This document shows positions 26,202 through 38,000 of a stretch of 64,000 nt of DNA, piece after piece. The notes below the pieces were generated by a model, which worked only from the letters and a program-made list of their open reading frames with translations, was not told the DNA's origin and searched no databases. Origin of the DNA: a virus (taxonomy: Duplodnaviria; Caudoviricetes); the IMG/VR virus record IMGVR_UViG_3300032138_000942, positions 1 to 64,000 of that record, one strand, 5' to 3'. Numbering within the stretch: position 1 is the stretch's first letter; each line of letters begins with the position of its first letter. Both the position numbers and the translations under genes were made by a program.

Positions 26202-27166
26202 TGAAGCTCGTTGTTATAACAGGGTGCCTCGGATTGATCGGGAACTATGTGACTCGAAAATGTCTGGAGAAAGGTTGGAAAGTTTATGGCGTGGACTCTT
26301 TGACTTACGCCTCAACACCAGATTTTCTTTATGAGTTTCGAGGACATAACACAATGGAGGAGGACAACTTTACGTTTGTCAATCAAGACATATGTGATAT
26401 GAAATTTCTTCCGGATTGTGATTATGTGATCAATGTGGCAGCAGAGTCTCATGTTGGAAACAGTATTATTGACAGCACAGACTTTCTTAAATCCAATGTC
26501 GAGGGAGTCCGTAACTTATTGGACTTAATTCGTCGTAAGCCCAGCAACATCGCCAACAAGCCCATCTTTTTTCATTTTAGCACCGATGAGGTTTACGGGG
26601 ATATTGAAGAGGGAGAATTCGTGGAGACAGATTTGTTAAACCCCAGCAACCCTTATTCAGCCTCCAAGGCAGCTGCAGATATGCTTATTTTAGCCTGGGC
26701 GAGAACATATGGAATTCAATATAATATAATTCGGCCCACCAACAATTATGGAATTGGCCAATATCCAGAAAAACTAATTCCAGTTTCTGTAAAGTTGCTT
26801 CAGAGGCAAAAGAAGATTCGCCTTCATAACGAAGGCGAGCCCGTGAGAAACTGGCTCCATGCCGACGACACCGCTTCAGCAGTTATATCAATTATAGAAA
26901 GGGGCCAGATTAATGAAATCTATAATGTTGCTGGGAACTTACAACAAAAGAATAAAGATGCTGTGAGAAAAATCATTAACATTTTTCACAATAATGAGTA
27001 TAATTGGGAAGAGTTTGTAGATTTATCATATGTAAGGGAAGGACAGGATGTCCGATATGCCTTAAACGATAATAAACTACGAGCACTTGGTTGGGACAAT
27101 CAAAAAAACTTTGATAAAGAACTGCCAAAATTAGTTGAATACTATAAACATAATTTCAAATGGTAA
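26201..27166 (+). CDS. rfbB: dTDP-glucose 4,6-dehydratase
   Basis: D.LTYA, AAESHV, STDEVYG, PYSASKA, NNYG..Q.PEKLIP, G.D.RY. Confidence 0.9.
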   Translation: MKLVVITGCLGLIGNYVTRKCLEKGWKVYGVDSLTYASTPDFLYEFRGHNTMEEDNFTFVNQDICDMKFLPDCDYVINVAAESHVGNSIIDSTDFLKSNVEGVRNLLDLIRRKPSNIANKPIFFHFSTDEVYGDIEEGEFVETDLLNPSNPYSASKAAADMLILAWARTYGIQYNIIRPTNNYGIGQYPEKLIPVSVKLLQRQKKIRLHNEGEPVRNWLHADDTASAVISIIERGQINEIYNVAGNLQQKNKDAVRKIINIFHNNEYNWEEFVDLSYVREGQDVRYALNDNKLRALGWDNQKNFDKELPKLVEYYKHNFKW

Positions 27167-27178
27167 AAGGAGAAAATA

Positions 27179-27433
27179 ATGACAACCACTGAAACAAAAA
27201 CAACCGACGGGATTGAAAGCTATACGCTTACGGACCAAGCACTGGGCGCCGTAATGATGGCTCTTCAAAAATCTCTTCTGGAGCAAAGCGATATTGTTCC
27301 TGTCCTTAAAGGCTTTAAGTTGGCCAATGATGGCACTGGGCACCTAGTTGTTCTGAACCCACCCTTAGTCAAGATGGCTCATGAAGATGCTGCTGTATTG
27401 ACAGGGGGAGGAACAACAGACACAGACTCTTAA
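27179..27433 (+). CDS. hypothetical phage protein
   Basis: AAGGAG SD; 84-aa ORF. Confidence 0.7.
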   Translation: MTTTETKTTDGIESYTLTDQALGAVMMALQKSLLEQSDIVPVLKGFKLANDGTGHLVVLNPPLVKMAHEDAAVLTGGGTTDTDS

Positions 27434-27441
27434 ACTTTTTT

Positions 27442-27699
27442 ATGCCTCGATACGATTATAAATGCTTGGAATGTGAAGCTGAGTTTACCGTAGTTCATTT
27501 GATGTGTGAGACTTTGGAGAAATGCCCAGAGTGTGACTCGGAAGGTGAGTTTCAAAAAATATATTCCACTCTTCGTAAGACCATTCGAGGCAGCAAAAAA
27601 AAGAGGGTTGGAGAGGTTGTGAACGAATTTATTGAGGACACTAAAAAAACTGTGAAACAAGAAAAACAAAGATTACAAAAAGAGGAATATAAGTCATGA
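27442..27699 (+). CDS. FmdB-family zinc-ribbon protein
   Basis: MPRYDYKCxxC...CPxC. Confidence 0.8.
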   Translation: MPRYDYKCLECEAEFTVVHLMCETLEKCPECDSEGEFQKIYSTLRKTIRGSKKKRVGEVVNEFIEDTKKTVKQEKQRLQKEEYKS

Positions 27700-28007
27700 T
27701 TTGGGGTGCCCTTATATCATCGTTCATTCTTAATGTTTTCTGCTTGTGGTACATCAGAAACCTTATTCGAGATTATTTCTATGTTCTAGAGAATATGGAA
27801 GATCTTTTTGATTCTATCGATGGCTTAACAGATCATCTTGAGAGTGTACACTCATTGGAAACATTTTATGGAGAACCCACTTTACAACGCCTAATCGAAC
27901 ACTCGAAAACAGTGGTCGAAGATGTTAAGGCTTTGAAAGGGGTTCTGGCAGTGGGCGACGACAACGAGGAAAAAGATGACACGAAAGCGCCGAAAGAAGA
28001 CAACTAG
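27696..28007 (+). CDS. N-terminally membrane-anchored hypothetical protein
   Basis: hydrophobic first ~18 aa followed by helical acidic region. Confidence 0.65.
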   Translation: MIWGALISSFILNVFCLWYIRNLIRDYFYVLENMEDLFDSIDGLTDHLESVHSLETFYGEPTLQRLIEHSKTVVEDVKALKGVLAVGDDNEEKDDTKAPKEDN

Positions 28008-28668
28008 ACATTATTTTACTAAAGTTCACGAAGATGCGATTGTTCAGTATGCCAGATCAGACAATCGAGACGAAAAACAAAAGCTTTATATCGACCTGAT
28101 TCAACCCGCTTTTCATGAGTTGGTAAATAAGATTGTTTATACATATAAGTTTTCCAATCTTCCCAATATTGAATTTTTGATGGAAGAGTGTAAAATTTGG
28201 TTGACCACGATTTTAGACAAGTACGACCCAGATAAAGGATCAAAAGCCTTTTCCTATTTTAGTGTTATCACCAAAAATTGGTTTATTCACAAAGTAAAGA
28301 AAAATGCCACCAAAATAAGAAGAGAGATTGCTTTTGATGACATAAGAGGGGGACTTGAAGAGCGTTATCTTTCCATGGAAGAGGTGTATGTTTCCAATCG
28401 GGAAAATGATGAGTTCTGGAGTCTTTTTAAAGAAGAGGTTGCCTCCTGGCATCAACTTAATTTAAAGCCGAATGAAGAAAAGGTCTTAAAAGCTATTGAC
28501 GTTTTATTCGAGAGTTCCGATGACATTGAAATATTCAATAAAAAAGCAGTTTATTTATATCTTCGAGAATTGACAGGGCTAAACACCAAGCAAGTGGTGA
28601 GCAGCTTGACAAAACTGAGGGCAAGATACAAAGCTTTTAGAACAGATTGGAACGATGGAAAAATATAA
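27976..28668 (+). CDS. phage late sigma factor (T4 gp55-like)
   Basis: Region-2-like KYDPDKGSKAFSYFSVITKN.F; N-terminal HYF; lies immediately before the structural genes. Confidence 0.75.
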   Translation: MTRKRRKKTTRHYFTKVHEDAIVQYARSDNRDEKQKLYIDLIQPAFHELVNKIVYTYKFSNLPNIEFLMEECKIWLTTILDKYDPDKGSKAFSYFSVITKNWFIHKVKKNATKIRREIAFDDIRGGLEERYLSMEEVYVSNRENDEFWSLFKEEVASWHQLNLKPNEEKVLKAIDVLFESSDDIEIFNKKAVYLYLRELTGLNTKQVVSSLTKLRARYKAFRTDWNDGKI

Positions 28669-28674
28669 ATCCTT

Positions 28675-28681
28675 CTAATTA
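28675..28681 (+). promoter_or_regulatory. candidate late promoter CTAATTA
   Basis: In a 41-bp intergenic gap, 28 nt before the ATG at 28710. Confidence 0.6.
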
Positions 28682-28709
28682 TTGAAGATACTAATATCGG
28701 AGAAAGAAA

Positions 28710-29003
28710 ATGAAGGACCTAGAGCACTATCTTCAGGAGGCCATAAACAACATTAACGAGGACAGGGATGTGACCAAATCTTTGTTAAAGGACGTAATGG
28801 AATTATTGGCCAGCAATGATATGCACCACAAAGAAGTCGGCCTAATAGCCGCCAAATATGTTGAAACGCTCCAGCGATCCAACGAACAACTCGTAAAGAT
28901 CTCTGCTTTATTGCAAAAAAGTTCCAACAAGACCGTGGGACTTTCGCCCGACGACAAAAAAGACCTTTATGATCTAATACAGGGCGAGGCGGAGGAGAAA
29001 TAG
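28710..29003 (+). CDS. helical hypothetical protein
   Basis: 97-aa ORF, GGAG SD (KYVETLQRSNEQL). Confidence 0.7.
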   Translation: MKDLEHYLQEAINNINEDRDVTKSLLKDVMELLASNDMHHKEVGLIAAKYVETLQRSNEQLVKISALLQKSSNKTVGLSPDDKKDLYDLIQGEAEEK

Positions 29004-31103
29004 TTGGCAGCCCCGGTAATAGTATATTATGACATTGACCCTTCCGAGTTAAATCCCCATATTTTCCGAGCCACAGGGGAAAGGCCGGTATATTCTCAAC
29101 AATCATCGGGACCCTATTTGGTCCGAGAAATGATGGAAAAATACCTTCAGGGATCAATAGAGGCCGGAAAACCGGCATATTTGAACGCCATCGTCCTGGC
29201 CGCCGATGAATATACTAATGACGAAGGGAAAACAGTGCCGTGTGCTATTTGTCGAATTCCTGGCTGGGATAGTGTTCCTCCACCATATGACACTCAAAAC
29301 TGTATTCCCGCTTTCGCCGGTCTTATTTATGGAGACAATGCCGAAAGCAATTGGTCAACTTTCAAATACGTTGATTTTAATTTAATTTTTCAACATTCCG
29401 TATATTTCGCCGCCACCGACACTGATATAAGCTTATCGGCTCTTTTGCCGAAAGTGGGAGATAACCTTATCAATGCCCAGCCAGATGCCGGATCTATAGT
29501 AAATGTTTCGATTGTGAAAGTCACGTTTGCTGATTTTAAGGATTATTCTCGTGCTGAAATCATCGGAGTAAGCAAGGAAACCTTCTCAGCAGTAGCTAAG
29601 GTTGATCCAACTGCCATGGCATCATATGTGGCCCCCAGTTCTGGCTCACCAGCAACAACTGGGGCGCCTCCCGGCAGCCCCACAAGTCGAACCGTGTCAA
29701 CCACAACAACGTGTTCAGAAGCCGGCACCACCGCCAGCGATCCCCAGATCAATTCAGCGAGCCCTTTTCAATTATGTAGTAGAGGTGACTTTTTTCCTCT
29801 TCCTCCGGCAGGACAAGCACCCGACCCCGCGGGCTCCTTCGTCGGCCCCGCCGACGACCCATGGATATTTCCTTCTCAACTGTCCAGCCGAAACCCTCGA
29901 GTGGGAAAGGCATATATAAAAGATAACATTAATCCCGATGGGACAAAACCATGGAAATATCTCCACGTTGCAGAGCGGAAAGCTCTGGCCGATTCAAACA
30001 ACAACGGTCGAGATATCGTAAAGTTTTTAGCAATTCATTGGCCTGTAGTGGGCGCGGTCGGCTCTCGCCGTGGAATAGATAATTGGGCGCCCTCCCCAGA
30101 TTCTAAAAGCGGAGGAAGGGTGGCAACTTATCAAACTTTTCTTCGCTCTGAATCATCTACATCGGTTCATTTTGATGTGGGCTGGGATGGAAGCGCTTTT
30201 CAATATATATCCGATCCATGGAGAGCCAGGGCAATACATGGTGACTCATCCACGGGTCCCCTCGCCGGCCTTCCTGGCAAGAATGGGGTGCCATGGGTAA
30301 ATAACGTATCTATTGGAATAGAGGTTTTAAACCCTATATTCACAAAAAGCAGAAGCGGAAGAAATAGAACCTCGGAGCCGTGGAAATCAGCAACCCCGGC
30401 CCAGCCAGAATCCAAATATTCTGACTGGGATGGATTAGTGGTAATCCCCAAGGCAGGATCCTTTTTTAACTATAGCCAGCGCCCCATACAATTTCAGCCA
30501 AAGGAACAGCTGGAGGCTGCCTGGAGCCTGTGCCACACCCTGATGATGGATTCAGAATGGCAAGATCAGCACTTGGATGAAAAGGGCAGAGCAACATTTA
30601 GGGTGGCCGGAGGACCCTTCCCGAAAGCAGGGGGTTCAACAACTAAATTGGAGTTCGAATATATTGTGGGCTATACAGGGATGCCTCATATGATCTCTTT
30701 TGAAAATCCATGGCCCGATACAAGAACTAGGGTAAAAGGTCACCAGATTGGTGGTCATTTTCGGTGGTCTACCGTCAAACAAGACGATTATTTCACTGAA
30801 TATTACATTGCTTTAAGGCTGGGGAGATTTGATCACAATACGGGAAGCCGTCTGCCTGGTCATGCTCCTGATGCTGCTTATGAATTGACAAGACAACTTT
30901 TTTGGAGGTTAACTCATGAACCAGCGAACGGCCCTAGATATCCTGAGTGGAAAGCATCATATCTCAAGACTCTAAAAACCAACTGGGGGACCCCCCAGGG
31001 GACAGGGCCGGGACCTAGCACCGCTGTAAACTCTTCTGGGTGGCCAAAGCTCTTTAGAGTTGATTGGGCTAAACCAGGCGACCCACTCCCAACATTACCA
31101 TGA
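29004..31103 (+). CDS. baseplate hub-like protein with C-terminal Amidase_2-like domain
   Basis: AIHW, SVHF.V..DG...Q, AIHG, N..SIGIE, GH; Pro/Ser/Thr linker; TTG start after GGAGGAG. Confidence 0.6.
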   Translation: MAAPVIVYYDIDPSELNPHIFRATGERPVYSQQSSGPYLVREMMEKYLQGSIEAGKPAYLNAIVLAADEYTNDEGKTVPCAICRIPGWDSVPPPYDTQNCIPAFAGLIYGDNAESNWSTFKYVDFNLIFQHSVYFAATDTDISLSALLPKVGDNLINAQPDAGSIVNVSIVKVTFADFKDYSRAEIIGVSKETFSAVAKVDPTAMASYVAPSSGSPATTGAPPGSPTSRTVSTTTTCSEAGTTASDPQINSASPFQLCSRGDFFPLPPAGQAPDPAGSFVGPADDPWIFPSQLSSRNPRVGKAYIKDNINPDGTKPWKYLHVAERKALADSNNNGRDIVKFLAIHWPVVGAVGSRRGIDNWAPSPDSKSGGRVATYQTFLRSESSTSVHFDVGWDGSAFQYISDPWRARAIHGDSSTGPLAGLPGKNGVPWVNNVSIGIEVLNPIFTKSRSGRNRTSEPWKSATPAQPESKYSDWDGLVVIPKAGSFFNYSQRPIQFQPKEQLEAAWSLCHTLMMDSEWQDQHLDEKGRATFRVAGGPFPKAGGSTTKLEFEYIVGYTGMPHMISFENPWPDTRTRVKGHQIGGHFRWSTVKQDDYFTEYYIALRLGRFDHNTGSRLPGHAPDAAYELTRQLFWRLTHEPANGPRYPEWKASYLKTLKTNWGTPQGTGPGPSTAVNSSGWPKLFRVDWAKPGDPLPTLP

Positions 31104-31153
31104 CAAGAATCATAAACCACAATAATTACAAGTAGAACGGAGACACACAGCAT

Positions 31154-32053
31154 ATGCCCAAAGAGCAACCAAAAATTTTCTGGGATGAAGGAGAAGATCC
31201 AAACAAAGCCCCCGGATTGCCCATATTTCGATGGGCGCCTTATGAGAGAAAAGATCTCGTTTATGGCAATTCTTGGATTGTGATGGGAAAAGACCGACCC
31301 GCTGGAAAAGATAGTGGCCACTCATATCAAGAAACTCACAATTATGCTATTGATATAGTAGTTGGCCGTTCAGGGCTCAATGTGAACAAGGTGGACCCCC
31401 AATTTAAAACAGATTCAGCCCGAATTTACATTTCTCAAAAAGCAGATATCGATGATCCAATTTATCTTGATTTAAAAGATCGTCGAGCAGAGGGCGGAAA
31501 TGGAAATGTAAAGGCCAAATCAGCCATCGCCGTTAAAGCTGACGCCGTAAGAATAGTGGGTCGAGAAGGGGTTAAAATCGTCACCTCCGACGTTTACAAT
31601 TCATTTGGGGCTGAGATTAGCAGCAAGCCCGGTATTGATCTTATTGCTGGAAATTATAAAGGCCCACCCCTTCAACCGCTGGTCAAAGGAAACAATATGA
31701 AGAAATGTGTTGAGAGGCTTTTAGACCTTATTAACATGCTCCAAAACGCCTTGATGGAGACAGTTAATTATCAAGCTCAAATTAACACCAATCAAGCATC
31801 CATAAACTCAAATTTGATGACCCACATCCACCCTCCGATTCCACCAATCGTTGGAGGCCCAGTTGTTCCTTCTCCCATATTAATAAGTCAGGTTACCTCA
31901 CTTCAGGCAGGAAGCTCGGGCGTAGCGCTCGCCCAGGCCACTAAAGCAACAGGACTGGCCGTAGAGGCCGCCAACCTCGCTGCCACCAAATACAACTATC
32001 TCAACCCCACTAGTCGTGATTATATCTGCAGTAACTATAATAATACTAACTAA
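31154..32053 (+). CDS. baseplate spike-like protein (gp5/gpV C-terminal type)
   Basis: beta-repeat region, PLVKG, then HxH (THIHP) apex-like motif; position in baseplate block. Confidence 0.55.
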   Translation: MPKEQPKIFWDEGEDPNKAPGLPIFRWAPYERKDLVYGNSWIVMGKDRPAGKDSGHSYQETHNYAIDIVVGRSGLNVNKVDPQFKTDSARIYISQKADIDDPIYLDLKDRRAEGGNGNVKAKSAIAVKADAVRIVGREGVKIVTSDVYNSFGAEISSKPGIDLIAGNYKGPPLQPLVKGNNMKKCVERLLDLINMLQNALMETVNYQAQINTNQASINSNLMTHIHPPIPPIVGGPVVPSPILISQVTSLQAGSSGVALAQATKATGLAVEAANLAATKYNYLNPTSRDYICSNYNNTN

Positions 32054-32064
32054 TACTTAAACTA

Positions 32065-35000
32065 ATGTCCAAAGACAAAACTCCATATTTACCTTATAAA
32101 ACCGATAACGGAGATTACGCTGTTAATCTCGCTTTTCTATGTACATCGGATTGGGACCGAATGTTCACAACGATGAATTCATCAAGCCCAATGTTGGACA
32201 AGCTTCGATTTCACAATACGAGCATAGGAGAAGAGGGAACCAACACCGACAGGTGGATGGGCGTAAGCACTTCTCAGATACTGGGAGCAATAGGGTCAGC
32301 CCTCTTATGTAATCGCTATGGAAAAGATTTTTACGATGTTTTCTCTTTGGGGGTTTCGGAAGAAAGGTATTTTCAACTGATGAAACAAAACTCTCCGAGC
32401 GATATTACAACAATTTTTGAAAATCTTATACAGACGGGAGATTACCAACTGTCGGACACAAGAGAAAACTTTCCTCCTTATCCTAACAGTGTTTACTGGC
32501 ACTTGACAGGGCCTCCTTCTGAGAAAGTTCTACAACGAAAGCCCGACTTATCAAATAAATTAGCCCTTATTCCAGACACCATGTATACAAGGGATGGATT
32601 TCCACGAATTCAAGTTAAGTATTTGGGGATTAACCATGATCTAACAAAAGCCGCGTTGGCCACCCCAGGGGTGGACGATGAAGACCCAGACAACCTCCCC
32701 CCTTTGATCGAGCTTAAGGCTTCAGTCTCCATTGTTCAGGTTATATATCCTAAGTTGGCATTCGAATCATTACCAGACGGAGACTTTTCACAAAAAATCA
32801 GTATACTTGCCCAAAGCCAGATAAGTGGTTCGCCCATCTTTGAAGGAAGTCAAAAAACCCCATATGAGTTCGCTGGCATCCCCGATTTCGAAGAAAAAAT
32901 GGAGGCAGTAAAAAATCTATTAGAATATTATCAAGAGGCTCAAACAGAAGCAGCACTCGTCTTCTCTGAGAGCGGCGCCCCTTTTGACTTCTTAGCTTAT
33001 CTGAGCCAAATAGACGAATTTAAGTCCGAAGTTAAAGAGCACTTTGAGATCAACGGGAAGAGCACTAATTCTTCTCAAAAGTTCCAAATCACGATGGCCG
33101 TTGATCTGAAGGTCGCTAACTACGCGATCGACGCACCCCTCCTTGTAACTGGTCGAAACCAGGACTTGGTTAAAAAAATAAACCAAGTAGGTCCGACCAG
33201 TCTAGAATATATAGATTTATTAGGGTCCTTACGAGAGGAGATTTCGAAAAATTATTTATATAAGGGAGCCTATATGCCAAGCGAGCCCGCCGGCCCCCAA
33301 GTCTCACACCAGCTTTTTGAAGATGGTAAGCTGAATCGAATTGAAAATTTATTTTCTCAAGAAATTTATACGAGATTTATAAAAACCTCATCAGGTTCTG
33401 GCCCAGCGATCTCCTGGCTTTCATCACTGATAAATTCCCTGGTTTACACCCAGGATTCAGAAGACAAGAAGGGGAAACTTCCCCCGCTTTATACTCCGTC
33501 TGCTTCTGGGCCGCCTTTGTCTTATAACCCAGATTCACTTGAGGACACCTTCCATCCCGGCACCCACGCAACTGCTGAGGAGATTTTCAGCACTACCACT
33601 TTTTTAAAAAGCGTAAGGGCTCAATACAGCACCCCAATCAAATACACTAATCCCCGTTTAATTTATTTCTTATATCACCTGAGATCACTGGTTAAAATGT
33701 CTGAAAAAACGTTTTCGGCCATTCACGGAGGTTGTGTGGCTGATATGAAGTCTAAAGCGGAAGCAATGAGGACAGCAGCTAAACTAATTTCCGATACGTC
33801 CACCATGACTCCCGCCCAATTGGCAGAGCAAGATCCTGGCCAAGCAGCCGCTGATGAATTAAAAGACGCCGAACTACAAGAGCCGCTTGATCCAAGTGTT
33901 TTCGCCAAAAGATATTTTCAGTGGCCACAGAGGGTCGACAATTCGTATGTTATCCCCTCCCGAGCATGGATGGTTCCGAACTCGCCACTGGTGACAAACC
34001 CTGAGACATATAAGGGCATCAGAGTTTCGCTCGTCGACGAACTATCCAACAAAGAAAAGATTAAAATTATAGAGACAGTTCGTAATCAACCCCCTCAGAC
34101 AACAGTTCCCGAGGTCCTGAAAAAGAGGCTGGCTCTTCAGGGGATCTCTCCGAACCGCCGGCTAACATCTCTTAGTCTGGGCGGGGCGTCGTCTTTTATC
34201 AACTCCAAGGGGGAGTTTGAGTTTAGTTATGATATAAATGACCTCATGGCAAAAAGAAATCGTAGTGCTGCCGATCAAATAGGGGATGAACTTTTCAAAA
34301 TCACGCCCCGAGCGCCAGCCAAGATTAGAAATCTTGATGATGCTTATAAATTTTTCTTGGCAAAGCTGGACTTAGCGTCTATTGCCCGAGAAGCCCTTAA
34401 ATGTACTTTTTTGAAGCACTCATTAGACGACGTAATCGAGATGATGTGTGATGAGTTACTGGAGAAGTTTTTCGGGATGTTTGGTTCAGATCCAGACGAG
34501 TTTGTTAAAGAACTTAACAGGATTAAAGCAAAGCAATATAAAGCAGGCCCTCTTGACTTAACATATTCGGTTCAACAAGTTTTAAAAGATCTGGAAGACA
34601 AATTCAGGGAATGGTCCCAGGCCCAAATGGTCCAAATGAGCGAGAATATAGTGGGCGAAAAAGCCGACGCTGTAGACAGCAGCAAGCCCCCTCCTGTCGG
34701 CTCCCCTTCGTTTTATGCCTCTGTTTCTTCAGGTTTTGACGGCAGCACGAAAAGAATGTTGTGTGAATTATTGATTGGAGGTGCAATGGGGGTCATCAAC
34801 TTGTTAGGCACCCTTTTCAAAAAATTGGATGAAACCCCGACAACCGAAGAGCTTAATCGTCCGGGAAACGAGTTAAAATTTAAAGAATGTGATTTTTCGT
34901 TAAGCTTGGATCTTCCCGACAGGCTCCCTCATTGGAGTAAAATCTTAGAGTCCATACTTGTTCAGGTTGAAGGGCTGGCCCGAGATTATGTGGAGCAATT

Positions 35001-38000
35001 TGTTATTATACCTTTGAGGAATAGCTTGTTAGAGATCCTCTCTTGTAATGAGTCTGATGACGCTTCCGTCGATGACTTCCTCGATGAATCCTCGCTGGAC
35101 GCCCTCTTCGGGGCACTTAGCACCGATCCAGAACTTACGAGACTGTTAAAGCTTTATGTTAAGGATGTGCTGGGGAATTTAACTATTTTAGAATCATGTG
35201 GCCTGTTAAAGGGAGAGCCGTCCACAAACGCCATGGGCGTGTGTTCTATGGTTCTTACTTTCGAGAAATATAGCACGAGTGAGCTTCAAACCCTTCTCAG
35301 CACAGAGGGTAACAAGATCAACTTCTTTAAGAGTATGGGAGAGAAAGCAGATTTTGAAGTGTGTAGAGTAATGGCCGCTATTGGCCAAACTTCTGATTTG
35401 TGCCGAGAATCGCCAAGCCCAAGTGTGGTGAGGCTGAGAACCATGTTAGCGAGCTATGGCTTTAGTCCGGAAGAAGTAGACTATCAAATGTCTTTGGAAG
35501 CCGAACAAGATAAGGCAAAGCTAAAGCACACCTTAACCGCCTTTTTCGGAAGTCCCGAGAACATCGTAAGCCCCTCACAAATTCAGGATATTGTTTCGAG
35601 ATCCGACGCCCTTACAAAGATAAACACAAAGGCCCTAAGTCAAGTGATGGACCCCATCAATATAGCAATGAGAAACTATGATTATAATGATTTCCAGACG
35701 GGATATCCTTATGTTGTGGGGCGAAAGCACCTCACTCAACTTCAAGATAATGTGGCCAATGACCCGTCTCAGTCAAACCAAGATGCCCTAGATAGTTTTT
35801 TGGCCGACCTTCAAAACAATGGGTGGACAGGAGCAACTCAGTTCATGAAACTCATTGGGTTATGGAAATATGATAAGCTCGAAGGGGCCAATACAGACGT
35901 TTCAGTAAGCATCCAAAAAAATAATATCTCCATAGACAATTATGATTATCACGAAGAAAAAGTTTTAGGCGACCCCGTTCAATTAGCTAATTCAATCTAT
36001 GGGCTGTCTCAAATCTCCGAATTCTTAGCAAACATTTACGGAAGTTCTTTTATTGACCCGTTTTTCAGCATTGACACCTCCCAACTGGATCCTCAGAAAG
36101 CAGATACTTATTCGGCCAATTTTAGATGGATTGGCGAAGGCGTAGCCGAGGTTTTTAAAAATTATGTAGCGTCCACTTCTGATGCCGAGACGACCGACTC
36201 TCTCGTAAGAAGCCTAACTCAGATGCCCTTTTCTGATTTTATTTTAGACGTGGACAATTTAAAACCCATAATATCCAACCTCAGTTCTCAAAATTTTAGA
36301 GAGTTGCCGGAAGGAGGTGATGTGCCCCCAACTCACCTTTATGATGCTGTGTTTGAAGGGGTGGTTGTTCTTTATACACGTATTTTTCTGGTTGAGCTTA
36401 TGCTAAGTGCCCCTTACATATATAAAGTTTTCTCCCCTGAACGAATTCTTGATTCTTGTATGGTTCGTGATTATATAGCAAAAGAGATGTATCCGGATTT
36501 AGGTGAGGGGTTCAATAAAATAAAAGAACAACTGGCAAGGATATCGGCAACTTATTTGGTTCCCAAGACGAATGTTAACATAAATTACGAAGCAAGCTTG
36601 GCTCAGTTAAATCAACTAAGTGCAGAGTTTTTCAATAAGCTTAAAAATACCCCATGTAAAGCCGTAGAGAGCCACCAGCAAGCAGTTCCTCTAAGCTTTG
36701 AGGATTCTCAAAAGGTCTTCAACTATGTGGATGCTGGAGATACGATGTTATTTCAAAATTCTTTGTTGGAAAATGAAGAAAAATTTGTTTTTGAAAAATA
36801 TTGTACTTTCGACAAGGTAAATATAGATCAGCTTACCTCCACTCAAGTTCAGGCACTTTCCAGCACGGGGATACTTAACACCCAGAATACAGCAAAACAA
36901 GTGCTCAGTGAAAAAGATCTGTTTAAAGTATATAAGATTCTTTATGATCAGACAGACTGGAGTTCAGAAAGTCACCGAAATTTAATTCCGCTGGGATTCT
37001 ATGTTGATGAAAGTACGGCGCCTGGGTGGGAGATAAGGAACGAAGCCGCCGAGGGCCGTAATAAAAACTTGTTTTATTCCCCCAATTTCCAAACTTATAA
37101 AATGTGGTATGGGTTGATGGCTCAGAAATATTTTAGAACCCTTATTCTGCAATTTGGAAATGGCCCTGTCGATCCCAAACCCAAGCCGGGTGTTGAAGGA
37201 GCAAAAGCTTGGCCCTCTTCTTGGTTTGAAATGATGCCTATTGAAGAATGGAAAGAGGGAGAAAGTGTATATGAGGCATATCCGGGTCACCTTCAAGATT
37301 TTGTATATGATCCTTCGATATCGGTTATAGGCAGCGGCCTTTCAAGCAAGGGCTTTTCAACACAGGCCATCATCGCTAAACTGCTGAATTATGAAACTTC
37401 GTTTTCAGACTTTATCGGGTATGAAGATTTGGACTCCCCAGATAAGCTGTTGGGAGAAGGCATCGGCCTCGGTCTATATGAGATACCCTACGACGCTTTT
37501 GCCACTCAGTTACAAAACCCCGGAGACCTGACGGAAGAGGAGTTCAACCTCGCCAAAGTCCAGATCGAAACACTTTATTGGCTTCCGCTTATTGGAGCGA
37601 CCAAGCTTAGTGAATTGGGGTATGATGTCGAAAGTATGTACGAATCTCTAAAGCCCCCACCGCCGACTCCCGAGCAGATAGCCGCCATGGAGGGAGTAAA
37701 AATAGCTGACATTCGAGATTTGTTCCTAAGAATAGAACGAGAGTTTTTCCCCGAGAGTAATTCAAGCATAAACAATTTTAAAGTTGAAATTCTTAAAAAT
37801 GTAGATGACGAATGGGATATGGACGGCCCAAGGGATAAAACATTCAAGAAATATTATAACCCAGAGGATTACACTCATAACGAATGGTATGCTGACCGAG
37901 AGGTGAAAGAAAAGTGGCTTTATAAAATGTTTTTCCCCAACTATTACAGGAGACACGACGGAGTAAACGTGGCCCCACGAGCAGTGTTCAGAACCGAAGA

